From a virus (lineage: Duplodnaviria; Caudoviricetes), in the IMG/VR virus record IMGVR_UViG_3300028293_000005, positions 9,874-73,873 of that record: a stretch of DNA of 64,000 nucleotides; one strand, given 5' to 3'. Below, in pieces: positions 1 to 9,976 of this stretch. Both the position numbers and the translations under genes were made by a program. How positions within the stretch are numbered: position 1 is the first letter of the stretch; every line of letters starts with the position of its first letter. A model generated the notes under the pieces. It saw nothing but the letters and a program-made list of their open reading frames with translations. It was not told where the DNA came from and did not search any database.

Positions 1-16
1 GCACCCTGTTAAAGGG

Positions 17-1915
17 TTGTTGCGGGAGACCGCGAGACTGATTCACGGCGGTGACGTGTTCACTGCCGCGCGGCTGGTCCGTGCCTGGGCCGCGCAGAGC
101 AACCCGGAAATTTCCAAGCAGTCCGTCGAGACCAAGAAGAAATCTTACGAGATGCTCACGCTCCTGTTGCATTGGGCGCTGAACAACGGAGCGACCGAAG
201 AGGCCGCTCAACTTCTCTGGACCCCTAACCAGTTCGACCCCCGCCCGCACAACACGCAGCGGGTTTGGTCCGCGTTCGACGAGCAGGACTTTATTTTGCT
301 GATGGGCGCCGGCAAGCAGTCGAAGTCTTTTTCGATGGCAATCCGGCTTTTTCTGGAATGGGTCCGCGACCCGGAGTATACCTCGATTCGCGTGCTGGGG
401 CCTAGTGAAGACCACCTGGAGCAAAACCTTTTCTCGCACCTCGTCACGCTTCACCGGGAGTCCGCAATCCCTCTCCCGGGCGAGATTGGCAAGCTGTTCA
501 TCGGGCTAGACCAGCGCGCGAAGCGGGGCTCGATTACCGGCGTGGTGATTCCTCAAGGCAAGAAAGCCGCCGGCCGGCTGCAGGGTGTCGCGCGGTTTCG
601 GCGCAAGAAGCCTCATCCCCTGTTCGGCGAGACGTCGCGGCTGTTCGTGTTCGTCGATGAAATTTCGAACCTCCCGAAGGGGCTGTGGCACGACATCGAC
701 AACTTGCTGTCGAACGCTTCCGGCAAGGGCGGGCTGAAGGTGGCCGGCGCGTTCAACCCCTCGGACCGCAACGACGACGTGGGCGTGCGCGTGGAGCCAC
801 AGTTCGGCTGGGCCAGTTTTGACCCGGACTTGCATTTTGATTGGATGTCTACGCGCGGCTGGTGGACCGTCCGGCTGGACGCGATGCAGTCCGAAAACAT
901 CAAGCAAAAGCGCGAGGTGTATCCCGGCATGCAGACCTACGAGGGCATGCAGCAGATTATCGCCAACGCTGGCGGGCTCGACTCGCCCGGGTATTGGACG
1001 ATGGTGCGCGGCTGCTTCCCGCCGCTGGGCATGGTTCTCGCGGTGATTCCCTCGGGTCTCACCACAACCTGGAAAGCCGAACCGATTTGGTATGACACGC
1101 CCACGCCCGTCGGTGGCGCGGACTTGGCACTCGAAGGCGGCGACACGTGCGAATTCGCCAGCGGACTTTTCGGCCGCGCGTCCGCGGTGAAGATGCCCCC
1201 GAGCCTGGAGTTCCCCGGCGGACAGGTCGTGTGGTTCTACGACCGCAACGGGCACAAGGCGCCCCGGCACCTGCTCCTGGCACAAAAGATTTTTCACATT
1301 CCGAAAGGGGACACCTTCACGATGGGCGACGCGATTATGCGCCTCGCGCGGGAGCTGCATATCAAGCCGGAATACCTCGCGATAGACCGGACCGGCAACG
1401 GGCAGGGCGTGTTCGACTATATGAAGGTCAAGGGCTGGCGCTGCCACGGCGTGAACTTTTACGAGAGCGCCAGCGAGACGCGCATCATGGCCGAGGACGA
1501 AGCGACTGCGAAGGAACTCTACGACCGGGTGAACAGCGAGCTTTGGTTCGCGGTCAAGCGATGGCTGGAGTTTCGGTTCTTATACGTGGCCCTCGGCATG
1601 GACGTCGCGGACCTCACGGGGGAGTTGACGGACCGGCTGTTCCGGATGGTTGGGAAAAAGTCCCACGTCGAATCCAAGCGCGACTGGAAGTCTCGCCACG
1701 CCGGCAAGTCGCCGAACCTCGCCGACGCGTTTACGCTGTTGATTCACGCCGCGCGCAAGGGAAGCGGGTTCATCCCATCCATGGCCGGCGACGACTCGAT
1801 TGAACCCACAAATGTGCAATCCTCGGAATGGGACCCGCACGCCCGCGACCTGGGATGCGACCGGGTGAACCGGTTCTATGATTTGGATACCGCGGACGAG
1901 GATTTAGAATTGTGA
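17..1915 (+). CDS. terL: Terminase large subunit (probably 5'-truncated by the window edge)
   Basis: Walker A-like ILLMGAGKQSKS, Walker B LFVFVDE, coupling motif GAFNP, nuclease GGADLALEGGD; frame open back to base 2; upstream of portal. Confidence 0.85.
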   Translation: MLRETARLIHGGDVFTAARLVRAWAAQSNPEISKQSVETKKKSYEMLTLLLHWALNNGATEEAAQLLWTPNQFDPRPHNTQRVWSAFDEQDFILLMGAGKQSKSFSMAIRLFLEWVRDPEYTSIRVLGPSEDHLEQNLFSHLVTLHRESAIPLPGEIGKLFIGLDQRAKRGSITGVVIPQGKKAAGRLQGVARFRRKKPHPLFGETSRLFVFVDEISNLPKGLWHDIDNLLSNASGKGGLKVAGAFNPSDRNDDVGVRVEPQFGWASFDPDLHFDWMSTRGWWTVRLDAMQSENIKQKREVYPGMQTYEGMQQIIANAGGLDSPGYWTMVRGCFPPLGMVLAVIPSGLTTTWKAEPIWYDTPTPVGGADLALEGGDTCEFASGLFGRASAVKMPPSLEFPGGQVVWFYDRNGHKAPRHLLLAQKIFHIPKGDTFTMGDAIMRLARELHIKPEYLAIDRTGNGQGVFDYMKVKGWRCHGVNFYESASETRIMAEDEATAKELYDRVNSELWFAVKRWLEFRFLYVALGMDVADLTGELTDRLFRMVGKKSHVESKRDWKSRHAGKSPNLADAFTLLIHAARKGSGFIPSMAGDDSIEPTNVQSSEWDPHARDLGCDRVNRFYDLDTADEDLEL

Positions 1916-1921
1916 ATTTTT

Positions 1922-2221
1922 ATGGCTCTCAGATTTAACCGAGGTCTCTTTCCCCCAGGCGGTTGGGTGTATATAGACAGCACCGGCGTAACCCACTTGG
2001 GCAAGTCCTTCGCCCAGCTGGTCTCGCGCGTGATTAACTACCGTATCATCAACCGCTTGCCTGTGGGCGACCCCGCGGTGGAGATTGATGACCAGCTTTG
2101 CAAGAACTTTCCTGGTTATTGCAGAAGCTCCTCTGCCGCAAGCAGTCCCAAACGAGTCGTCCCCCAACCCGGTCCCGGATGCACGTCATGCAAAAAATCA
2201 AGGCGGTCAAAACCGCGATAA
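1922..2221 (+). CDS. Small Cys-containing hypothetical protein
   Basis: AT-rich spacer then ATG right after the terL stop; C-x6-C and CxxC. Confidence 0.55.
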   Translation: MALRFNRGLFPPGGWVYIDSTGVTHLGKSFAQLVSRVINYRIINRLPVGDPAVEIDDQLCKNFPGYCRSSSAASSPKRVVPQPGPGCTSCKKSRRSKPR

Positions 2222-2439
2222 AGGCCGTCAAGCGGGTGATTGTGGCCGCGGCCACCGGCTCCAAAGTATTCGTGGGGCCGGAGATAGCCGCCCAGCGATT
2301 GGACGCCTGCCACCGGTGCCCGCACTTCAAGCCGAAGACCCGGCAGTGCGGGCTGTGCCTTTGTTTTGTGGACACTAAGGCCAAGCTGACCACGGAGTCC
2401 TGTCCGGACCATCGATGGGTTATCACGAATGTAGGTTGA
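2179..2439 (+). CDS. Small Cys-rich protein, DUF6171-like
   Basis: RLDACHRCP..CGLCLCFVDTKAK...SCPDHRW pattern recalled from DUF6171. Confidence 0.65.
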   Translation: MHVMQKIKAVKTAIKAVKRVIVAAATGSKVFVGPEIAAQRLDACHRCPHFKPKTRQCGLCLCFVDTKAKLTTESCPDHRWVITNVG

Positions 2440-2464
2440 CAAATCAATGATTCTCAACACTTAT
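2436..2464 (+). promoter_or_regulatory. Phage-type promoter TTGACA-N16-CACTTAT
   Basis: TTGACA 2436-2441, 16-nt spacer, CACTTAT 2458-2464, ATG at 2472. Confidence 0.75.
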
Positions 2465-2471
2465 TAAGAAG

Positions 2472-2942
2472 ATGACCGAGACCGCAATCCAGAAATGTTC
2501 TAAGTGCGCCGTCGTCCTTACGGACGAAAACGGGTATCGAGTCAAGGCCACCGGCCGGTTCAATTATTATTGTTGCACATGCGCGGTCGAATATAACAAA
2601 GCGCGGTATCAACGGGACCCGGAACGGGAACGTCGTGAGCAACGAGAATATCGCAAGAAAAACCCGGAACAGATGCGGAAGCATCAGTTGAAACGTGACC
2701 ACAACACGACGCCCGAATGGGTCGAGCAAAAATCCTCGGAACAATGTGGATGTTGCGCCATTTGCTGGGAGCCGCTGCCTAAAAATCCGCCGGTAGACCA
2801 CGACCATAATACGGGCGAGAATCGCGGACTTCTGTGTTCGAAGTGTAATTTTGGGCTTGGCCAGTTTGACGACCAGCCGCAGCGCCTTTTGAGCGCGATA
2901 GAATATCTGAAAAAGTATGCCACTGGCACCTTCCCTTCCTGA
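2472..2942 (+). CDS. Endonuclease VII-type (His-Me) free-standing endonuclease
   Basis: CAIC..VDHDHNTGENRGLLCSKCNFGLG motif. Confidence 0.9.
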   Translation: MTETAIQKCSKCAVVLTDENGYRVKATGRFNYYCCTCAVEYNKARYQRDPERERREQREYRKKNPEQMRKHQLKRDHNTTPEWVEQKSSEQCGCCAICWEPLPKNPPVDHDHNTGENRGLLCSKCNFGLGQFDDQPQRLLSAIEYLKKYATGTFPS

Positions 2943-5076
2943 ACCGAGTTACGCAGGCGCGCCGCCGGGAGATTTCAAGGGCGCTGTTTCTCCTCCGGAC
3001 CTTAACAAGCAACTGAAGCCCGGCAATCGGGCAATTCGGGATGCTGTGCAAGCGAGGAACATTGTAATGGTTTTGCTTGCGGCCTCGCGGGAAAGGAATT
3101 TGAAAAATGCCCGGATACAGGCCAAAGTCAACAGCGAGAAACCGCACCGCACGGACGCGCTGGAGAACGAAGGCTTGTCTTGGAAAGCAAATTTTTCAAC
3201 CAAAGTCCTCGCGATGCTCGTCGAAAAGGTCGCCCCGCGATTCGTGCAGGCGATTGACGGTGTCAAATACCTCACCAACTCGAAACTTCCGGACGATATC
3301 GACGGCGCCGCGGTGAAAACCGAGGCCTTCCGGCGCGAAATTACCGCGCTGTGTCGCAACCGCGCCGGCTGGCGTGATTTTTTGGGTGACCTTGCACAGG
3401 AAAACGCACTTTTCGGCTGGGCAGTGGTCGCTTGGCTCGATGAATTCAGTTGGATGCCGAAGTTTTTCCGACAAGATTTCGCCGCGGTGCCCACCGGCAC
3501 GAAGCCAATCCCGGGAAAAGCGCAGGTCGTCTGTCTGAAAGAGGTTTTTTTGCTCCACGAGCTGTTCGAACTGATTAGCGACAAGAAAGCCGCCGAAACT
3601 CGCGGATGGAATCTCGAAAACACGGTCCAGATTATCAATTCCGCGATGCCGCAGGACCGCCGCTCGCAGTATTCCGCGTGGGAACGCGTTTACGAGGACC
3701 TGATTCGCGAATCGAACCTCGGACTATCGCACGAAAGCGGTGCGCGCGTGGTTGTCGTGTGGCATTTGCTCGCTACGGAGATTGACGGGCAGGTTTCCCA
3801 CTACATTTTCGAGGAAAAAACTTTCACCGAGCTGTTCACGAGCGAGGACCAGTATAAATCGATGGCGGACGCCGCCGCGTTCTTCACTTTTCAGCAGGGC
3901 AACGGCACCGTGCATGGTTCGAAGGGAATCGGACGCGAACTTTACTCCATCGCGGGCATCATTGACCGCTCGCGCAACGAAGTCGTGGACCGGTTGAACC
4001 TTTCCGGCAAGGTTATCATCCAGGCGGACGAAAAAGTCCTCAAACGCTTCCGAATGTCGGTCGTCGGCAACGCGATTCTCATTGCGCAAGGCTACAGCGT
4101 GCTCGAACGCAAGCTGGACGCCGCGGTGGAGCCCTTTATCGAGCTTGACCAGTTTCTGACCGGACTGCTCGACCAGATGGCCGGCGCTACGACGCCAAAA
4201 GCGTTGCAGGGCGAGCGCGTGACCAAGGCCGCGGTGGATTTTCTCGCCTCACGTGAAGAAGAGACCAAGGATAACGTCATCTCGCGGTTCCTCACGCAAT
4301 TTTCCGCGGCGATGACCACGATTCAGCGGCGCGCCTGCGACCCGGACACCTCCGAGGACGACGCGAAGGAAATGCAGAAGCGTCTTCTCATGGTCATGTC
4401 CAGGGAAGAACTGAAAATGATTTCGGAGATGCCCTCGACTGAGACCGTCAAGGACTACACCGAAATTAAACGGCAGCAGGTCGTCATCATCGCGCAGGAA
4501 GCCCGCGGCAACGCGCTCTACAACGCCAAAGAGATTGAACGGCGCAAACTTATCGCGCTCGTGGACGAAGAGTTCGCGAATTCGGTGTTGCTGCCAGACA
4601 ACGACCCGACGGAACAAGCCGAGCAGGCCCGTGCGCAGATGATTGAGCTGGCGTCTCTGATTATTCCGCAGGCAACAGAAGTTCCTGTGTCGCCGCGCGA
4701 CAATCACCTCATTCACCTGCAGATTGCGATGCCCGCGTTGGAGTCCACCGCGCAGCAAGCGGTCCAGGACCCGCACGCGCTGCCCGTGCTCATCGCGATT
4801 TTGAAGCACTGCGCCGCGCACGAGCAAATTGGTTTGCAGACCGGCGTGGACAAGGCGGCAATGAAACCTTTCTCGGACATTATCGCGAAGCTCACGGCGC
4901 AGATGCCGAAGCTCATCGAGTCCGCACAGCAACATGCGGCGATTCAGCAACGTCACGCGGAACTGGCAGCCGGGGCGCAGCCAGGGCCAACCGACGAAGC
5001 TGGCAACCCGATTCCGGGCGCGCCGCCACCGACAGAAATGCCACCAGAACCAGCTGCCCCCGCACCGACACCCTAG
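2917..5076 (+). CDS. Portal protein (putative)
   Basis: 719 aa, helical, Pro/Gln-rich C-tail; position between terL and scaffold/MCP. Confidence 0.7.
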   Translation: MPLAPSLPEPSYAGAPPGDFKGAVSPPDLNKQLKPGNRAIRDAVQARNIVMVLLAASRERNLKNARIQAKVNSEKPHRTDALENEGLSWKANFSTKVLAMLVEKVAPRFVQAIDGVKYLTNSKLPDDIDGAAVKTEAFRREITALCRNRAGWRDFLGDLAQENALFGWAVVAWLDEFSWMPKFFRQDFAAVPTGTKPIPGKAQVVCLKEVFLLHELFELISDKKAAETRGWNLENTVQIINSAMPQDRRSQYSAWERVYEDLIRESNLGLSHESGARVVVVWHLLATEIDGQVSHYIFEEKTFTELFTSEDQYKSMADAAAFFTFQQGNGTVHGSKGIGRELYSIAGIIDRSRNEVVDRLNLSGKVIIQADEKVLKRFRMSVVGNAILIAQGYSVLERKLDAAVEPFIELDQFLTGLLDQMAGATTPKALQGERVTKAAVDFLASREEETKDNVISRFLTQFSAAMTTIQRRACDPDTSEDDAKEMQKRLLMVMSREELKMISEMPSTETVKDYTEIKRQQVVIIAQEARGNALYNAKEIERRKLIALVDEEFANSVLLPDNDPTEQAEQARAQMIELASLIIPQATEVPVSPRDNHLIHLQIAMPALESTAQQAVQDPHALPVLIAILKHCAAHEQIGLQTGVDKAAMKPFSDIIAKLTAQMPKLIESAQQHAAIQQRHAELAAGAQPGPTDEAGNPIPGAPPPTEMPPEPAAPAPTP

Positions 5077-5100
5077 CATTCGGTCTAACCCTACAGACCC

Positions 5101-5409
5101 ATGATTTCAACTGAACCCAGCAAATGGGATAGCGACGACGCGAAGATTCTTAAAGACTTCCTCGCGAGCACGACCGGCGCTATCGCTCTGCAGCATGTGC
5201 TTTTCGCCATGCCTGCTTTTTCCGACGCGAACCCGCATGCGACTTTGGTGTCGTCCTGCCTACGCGAAGGCTACCAGCGCGCCGTCCAGGCGCTGTTGGA
5301 TTTACAGACCCATCAACCACCGCAGGCCGAGCCGGAATCCAATTACCCTAGTTTGGATGACGACAGCAAATGGAACGACGGAGTTCAACCGGCCGAAGAA
5401 ATTACATAA
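5101..5409 (+). CDS. Hypothetical head-associated protein
   Basis: Small ORF between portal and scaffold, a conserved slot in podoviruses. Confidence 0.6.
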   Translation: MISTEPSKWDSDDAKILKDFLASTTGAIALQHVLFAMPAFSDANPHATLVSSCLREGYQRAVQALLDLQTHQPPQAEPESNYPSLDDDSKWNDGVQPAEEIT

Positions 5410-5412
5410 CCT

Positions 5413-6708
5413 ATGGCAACCACAAACCCCAATGCATCCGGCGTGGACTTAAGCGGCAACCTGCCGTCCATTTCCGCCGAAACCTCTAGCGCGCTCGACG
5501 AGTTGTTGAAACAGCAGGACCAGGACAACGCTCCTCCGGTTCCTGGTGCAACAGGCCCCGCTACCGGCAACCCCGGTCCGACTGGACCGACCCCTGAAGC
5601 TATTGCTGCGGCCGACGCCTCCCGAGACCCGAAGACTGGGAAGTTCCTTCCAAAGACCGAGCCTGGGCCGTCTGGCCCTACAGGCCCCGGGGCACCGAAT
5701 GCCCCCGCGACCGATGCTTTTGCCGACGTGCAGGCCCCGCAACTGAAGGGCAAATCTGCCGAGGCTTTTGAAAACATCAAGCGGCTCGCGAACGAAAAGC
5801 TACTCACTCTGCAGACGGAGCGCGACACGTTCGAGAAGCAAATCAAGGAGCTGAATGAAAAGGTTGGCCGGCTGGACCCGAAGGTAGAAGCTGAGTTGAA
5901 GGACCTTCGCGAATTCCGGCGCAAGCTGGACGTTGAGGCCGACCCCGAGTTCAAGAAGTTCGACGACGAGTCAAATGCTCAGACCGAGTCGATTTACGGA
6001 AAGCTTTTATCTGTGGGGGTGCCGGACCACACCATCGAAAAAATTAAGTCGATGGGCGGCGTTTTCAAGGTGCAATGGGACCCGATTTTGGAGAAGCTGC
6101 CATCCGCCGCCAAGCGGTTTATCGAGGTGAAGCTGACCCAGCTCGAGGACCTCAAGGAGAAAAAGACCGCGGCTATCACAACGGCGAAGAAAAACTCCGA
6201 GGAATTTTTGACCCAGCGAGCCCAGGCTGGCGAGGTCGCAAAGAAAGAGTATCGCGAAAAGGCCGCGACAACGCTCGATTCCATGCTGCCGAAGCTGGAT
6301 TGGTTCGTGGAGAAAAAAGCCACGGACAAATCCACCGAGGCCGAGAAGGCGTCCATCACCGAACACAACAAGCTTTTGACCGAGACCAAGGAAGCCATTA
6401 AAGAGGCTATCGACGACGACAGCCCGGAGATGCGGGCGTTCCTGGCAGTTGGTCTGGCCCAGCTTATGAAGCTGCGCGCCGACTACTCGTCCGCGACTGC
6501 CGCGCACAAGTTCGAAGTCGAGAAGCTGAAGGCGGAACTCGCCGCGGCCAACACCCTGTTGGAAAAAGTGAAGAAGGGTTCCACGAATCGCCTTCGCGAC
6601 TCTGCGGCTGTTACGTCTATCGCTGCCGCCGGTGCCGGAAGTATCAACGAGAAACCCGCTGATGCGCTAGACCGGGCGCGGGCCGAGGTTGAAGCCCGAC
6701 GCGGCTAA
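5413..6708 (+). CDS. Scaffolding/prohead core protein (putative)
   Basis: Disordered P/G/T-rich N-terminus with RDPKTGKF motif, long E/K coiled coils; between portal and MCP. Confidence 0.6.
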   Translation: MATTNPNASGVDLSGNLPSISAETSSALDELLKQQDQDNAPPVPGATGPATGNPGPTGPTPEAIAAADASRDPKTGKFLPKTEPGPSGPTGPGAPNAPATDAFADVQAPQLKGKSAEAFENIKRLANEKLLTLQTERDTFEKQIKELNEKVGRLDPKVEAELKDLREFRRKLDVEADPEFKKFDDESNAQTESIYGKLLSVGVPDHTIEKIKSMGGVFKVQWDPILEKLPSAAKRFIEVKLTQLEDLKEKKTAAITTAKKNSEEFLTQRAQAGEVAKKEYREKAATTLDSMLPKLDWFVEKKATDKSTEAEKASITEHNKLLTETKEAIKEAIDDDSPEMRAFLAVGLAQLMKLRADYSSATAAHKFEVEKLKAELAAANTLLEKVKKGSTNRLRDSAAVTSIAAAGAGSINEKPADALDRARAEVEARRG

Positions 6709-7200
6709 GTGAAGACGACGTTTATTTATGCCTTGTGCGAACCGGGAACCCGGAAGGTCCGATACATCGGTAAATCGGACCATCCCAATAAACGGCTTCG
6801 TCGTCATCGGTTATATTCGCGCCGATTGAATTCGCATCTTGGGGCATGGCTGCGTTTAATTCATTCCAGGCAGGAACGGCCGGTTCTGATTGTCCTGGCT
6901 GAGGTTCCTTATTCCCAGTGGGAGGAAGAGGAGACCCGATATATTCGCGCAGCCCGATGTCTGGGGATGGACCTTGTGAACGCGACGGACGGAGGAGAAG
7001 GAGCAAATGGATTGTCGCCCGAGGCGCGGGCTCGATTGAGCGCGGCATTGAAAGGAAAGAAAAAATCACTGGAGCATTGTGCAGCGATTAGCGCGGGAAA
7101 AACCGGCGGGACTCGGGCCTTTTGCCGGGAAGAAACCCGAGAAAAGTCCCGCGCGCGGGCGATTCAAATGCCCAGAAATTCTTCTGGACAATTCATTTGA
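6709..7200 (+). CDS. GIY-YIG homing endonuclease with NUMOD3-like tail
   Basis: FIYALCEP..VRYIGKS..KRL..H..E..YI...NATDGGEG; KSLEHCAAIS repeat. Confidence 0.85.
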   Translation: MKTTFIYALCEPGTRKVRYIGKSDHPNKRLRRHRLYSRRLNSHLGAWLRLIHSRQERPVLIVLAEVPYSQWEEEETRYIRAARCLGMDLVNATDGGEGANGLSPEARARLSAALKGKKKSLEHCAAISAGKTGGTRAFCREETREKSRARAIQMPRNSSGQFI

Positions 7201-7208
7201 AAAATCCT

Positions 7209-8003
7209 GTGTCACAAGTTTGCATTTGTCTTCCTGCCTATAAATCAATGGAGCCGAGAATGGCTTTCAGCGTCATGGGGCTCATTCACAATGGCAGAGG
7301 GCGGACCGCGGAGATGTTGGACTTCGGGGATGCTTTTATTGTGCATTCCCGTAACAAGCTCGCCGCGGGATTTTTGCAGACCAACATGGAATGGATGCTG
7401 ACTATCGACGATGACATGGTCGTCCCTTGGGGAAATGCGAAACTTTTTAATTCGTTCACTCGTTTCAATCTGCCTGAGCGTTTTGCCGGATTTAACACTA
7501 TCGACCGGCTTTTATCTCATGGCAAGACTTTGGTTGGGGGCCTTTATTTTGGTCGCTGGCGCCATGGTAAGGCGATGTATGGCGAGGGTTCGGACCCGGA
7601 TGAGCTTCGCTACGCCAAGCGCGGACCGTATGACCTCACCAAGCCCACCCGATGGGTTGGGACCGGGTGCATGCTGATTCACCGTTCGGTCCTGCTCGAC
7701 ATCGAGAAAGAATTCCCGCATCTCGCGCGCGGGCGCGACGGCAAAGGCGGTCAGTGGTTCACGTCGAGCGAGCATGACCTGCGGCACGCCTTCGAGGTCG
7801 TCAAGGACTGGCCAGACGCCGCGGAGGCGATGAAGTATCTCCGCGCCGCGGCGGTAAAATCAAAACGGCATTCGAGTTTGGGAATGGGCGAGGACGTCCA
7901 GTTCTGCATCCGCGCCACGCAGGCCGGGCACACGCCGCACGTGGACATGGGCCTGCTTTGCGGGCACATTGGAAGCTACTGTTATGGTGAACCCGCCAAA
8001 TAA
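7209..8003 (+). CDS. Glycosyltransferase, GT-A (GT2-like)
   Basis: ICLPAY N-terminus, DxD in LTIDDDM, VGTGCMLIHRSV, GEDVQFC..GHIG; GTG start at 7209. Confidence 0.8.
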   Translation: MSQVCICLPAYKSMEPRMAFSVMGLIHNGRGRTAEMLDFGDAFIVHSRNKLAAGFLQTNMEWMLTIDDDMVVPWGNAKLFNSFTRFNLPERFAGFNTIDRLLSHGKTLVGGLYFGRWRHGKAMYGEGSDPDELRYAKRGPYDLTKPTRWVGTGCMLIHRSVLLDIEKEFPHLARGRDGKGGQWFTSSEHDLRHAFEVVKDWPDAAEAMKYLRAAAVKSKRHSSLGMGEDVQFCIRATQAGHTPHVDMGLLCGHIGSYCYGEPAK

Positions 8004-8736
8004 ACTTCTAATCTGCTTCACCTACTGGGCCGGCGACCGCGAACAGTCTGGCAAACTCGCCCGCCTCGTCGCGGACCTGGAGCCCCGTATATCGGAGAAC
8101 GCGGACGTGCTTTTCTCCGCGCGGTTCGATTGCACCCACGACGTCCCAACCATTGAATATGTTGCAAAGAAATTCCACGTTCACACGAACATTTGCCGGG
8201 GACGCCGGGGCATTGGCTGGCCGGCTGGGTGTAACGACATCGTTTTCGGAACTCTCGACTACGTTTACTCTCACGCCTCGGCCCGTCGCATCTCTCCTTA
8301 CAAGGCTGTGGCGTTGCTTGAAGCGGACAGTTCTCCGCTGCGTCCGGGCTGGATAGAAGAGTTGTCCAACGCGTGGGACGAGGCCAGCCGGCCGGGTCGC
8401 CCCCTGCGGGTGTTCGGGCCGCTCCTGCCCACGGGTGTGAAGGAAGCCGGGCACCAGCACATCAACGGGAACTGTCTGGTCTCTGGCGACATGGGTTTTC
8501 TGCATTGGTTCACCCGCAAAATCGGCGGCTGCAGCCCGCGGGCTGGTTGGGACTGGAGCATGGCGCCGCAGTTTAAGCGCATGGGCTGGGCGGACTGCAA
8601 GCAGATGAAGTCTTGGTGGCGCTGCCCGCAGGTGACGCAGGAACAATACGACCAGCTGTTGTCCGAGGGCGCTGTGTATCTCCACGGCTGCAAGACGGAC
8701 GACGTCTACAATTTGGTCCGGAAGCGGTGGCTATGA
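7969..8736 (+). CDS. Putative glycosyltransferase (divergent GT-A)
   Basis: ExD in ALLEADS, HINGN, C-terminal LHGCK; within glyco cluster. Confidence 0.5.
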   Translation: MEATVMVNPPNKLLICFTYWAGDREQSGKLARLVADLEPRISENADVLFSARFDCTHDVPTIEYVAKKFHVHTNICRGRRGIGWPAGCNDIVFGTLDYVYSHASARRISPYKAVALLEADSSPLRPGWIEELSNAWDEASRPGRPLRVFGPLLPTGVKEAGHQHINGNCLVSGDMGFLHWFTRKIGGCSPRAGWDWSMAPQFKRMGWADCKQMKSWWRCPQVTQEQYDQLLSEGAVYLHGCKTDDVYNLVRKRWL

Positions 8737-9284
8737 GCGACGAGTGCCCGCGCACTATGATTCCGACGGAATGCATCAGCTTCCCGCGGTGCGGGCATCA
8801 TGCGCTGACTGAAGTGCTGCGCGCCTACTTCGGTGAGAATTTTCACTACGGGGAGATTTATCGGGACGGAGCACGCATCGGTCCGGGCTCGAAGACCAAC
8901 TGGCAAAAGAATCACGACTTCAACCTGGATACGCCCGTCCTGCCGGACCGGAATTATATCGTGCAGATTCGAAACCCACTCGAAGCGATTGAGTCGTGGG
9001 AAAACCTGGACAAGCGCGTGGCCGGACGTGTCGTGGACACGTGCGAGAATCGGATTGAGTTTTATTCAAGGTTCGTCACGAAGTGGATTTATGGTCCCGT
9101 CCCGTGGCGGCTTGTGGTGTGGTATGAGGACTTGATGGCGAGACCGTTGCCGACGGTCACGAGTGTAATTCAATTTGTGACGCGGACGCAGAACGTAGAC
9201 GTCGCAAAACTTCAGGGGGCGCTGACTGCGTTTCCCCTGACACGGAGGACCCAAACATGCCCGACGAAATACAACAAAGCGTGA
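8733..9284 (+). CDS. Sulfotransferase-like protein
   Basis: 5'-PSB-like SFPRCGHH, KNH, 3'-PB-like IVQIRNPLEAIES, LVVWYEDL; ATG at 8733. Confidence 0.75.
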   Translation: MSDECPRTMIPTECISFPRCGHHALTEVLRAYFGENFHYGEIYRDGARIGPGSKTNWQKNHDFNLDTPVLPDRNYIVQIRNPLEAIESWENLDKRVAGRVVDTCENRIEFYSRFVTKWIYGPVPWRLVVWYEDLMARPLPTVTSVIQFVTRTQNVDVAKLQGALTAFPLTRRTQTCPTKYNKA

Positions 9285-9976
9285 AGAAAGTGGTCGTGAC
9301 CGTTCACGGTTACGCTGGCGACGCCCATCAAATTGGCGACCTGCGCCCGATGTATGAGCATCACAAGGTGCCCATCGTCGTGATGACGCCCGAGGACTCC
9401 CGTATCGAGACGTTCGGGCCGCACATCTGCCGCTTCGGCGGCAAGCGGCAATACATTGGCGAGGACAGCCTGAAGCGGCAGGTCCGCCATTGGGAAATGA
9501 TGCTCGACTTCAACGCGACCCACTTCCTATCGAATGATTCCGACAGCTTTTGTCTGGCCCCGGAACTTCCCGAGTATCTTTTCAAGCATGACGTGCTGTG
9601 GAGCAACGAAGTGTCCGATATGATGCACAAGCGGAAGCCGGATTACAAGTGGCCCCGCCTCGCGTTCCAGCCGCCATACTTTTGGTCGCGTGAGATTGTG
9701 GAGCGGTTGGTAAAAGCCGCGCCGCTGGTGCAGATTGACCAGCAGACGCCCTTCATAGATTGGTTCATGATGGCGGTCGCCGTGGCCGGCGGAATTCCGC
9801 ACAAGACCTTTCCGGACGGGTTCAGCTGTGGGACGGGATTCCCGCACGGGTTGAAGGTAATGACGGACCAAGTCTGGAACCGGGGGAAAATTTTCGTGCA
9901 CTCAGTCAAGAACGCGGCGATTCGGCGGCAGCTCGAATACGCGCGCGAACAGTTCCTCAAGAGGAAAAAGAAATGA
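9257..9976 (+). CDS. Putative glycosyltransferase (divergent GT-A)
   Basis: DxD in FLSNDSDS, C-terminal FVHSVK; loosely parallels 7969..8736. Confidence 0.5.
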   Translation: MPDEIQQSVKKVVVTVHGYAGDAHQIGDLRPMYEHHKVPIVVMTPEDSRIETFGPHICRFGGKRQYIGEDSLKRQVRHWEMMLDFNATHFLSNDSDSFCLAPELPEYLFKHDVLWSNEVSDMMHKRKPDYKWPRLAFQPPYFWSREIVERLVKAAPLVQIDQQTPFIDWFMMAVAVAGGIPHKTFPDGFSCGTGFPHGLKVMTDQVWNRGKIFVHSVKNAAIRRQLEYAREQFLKRKKK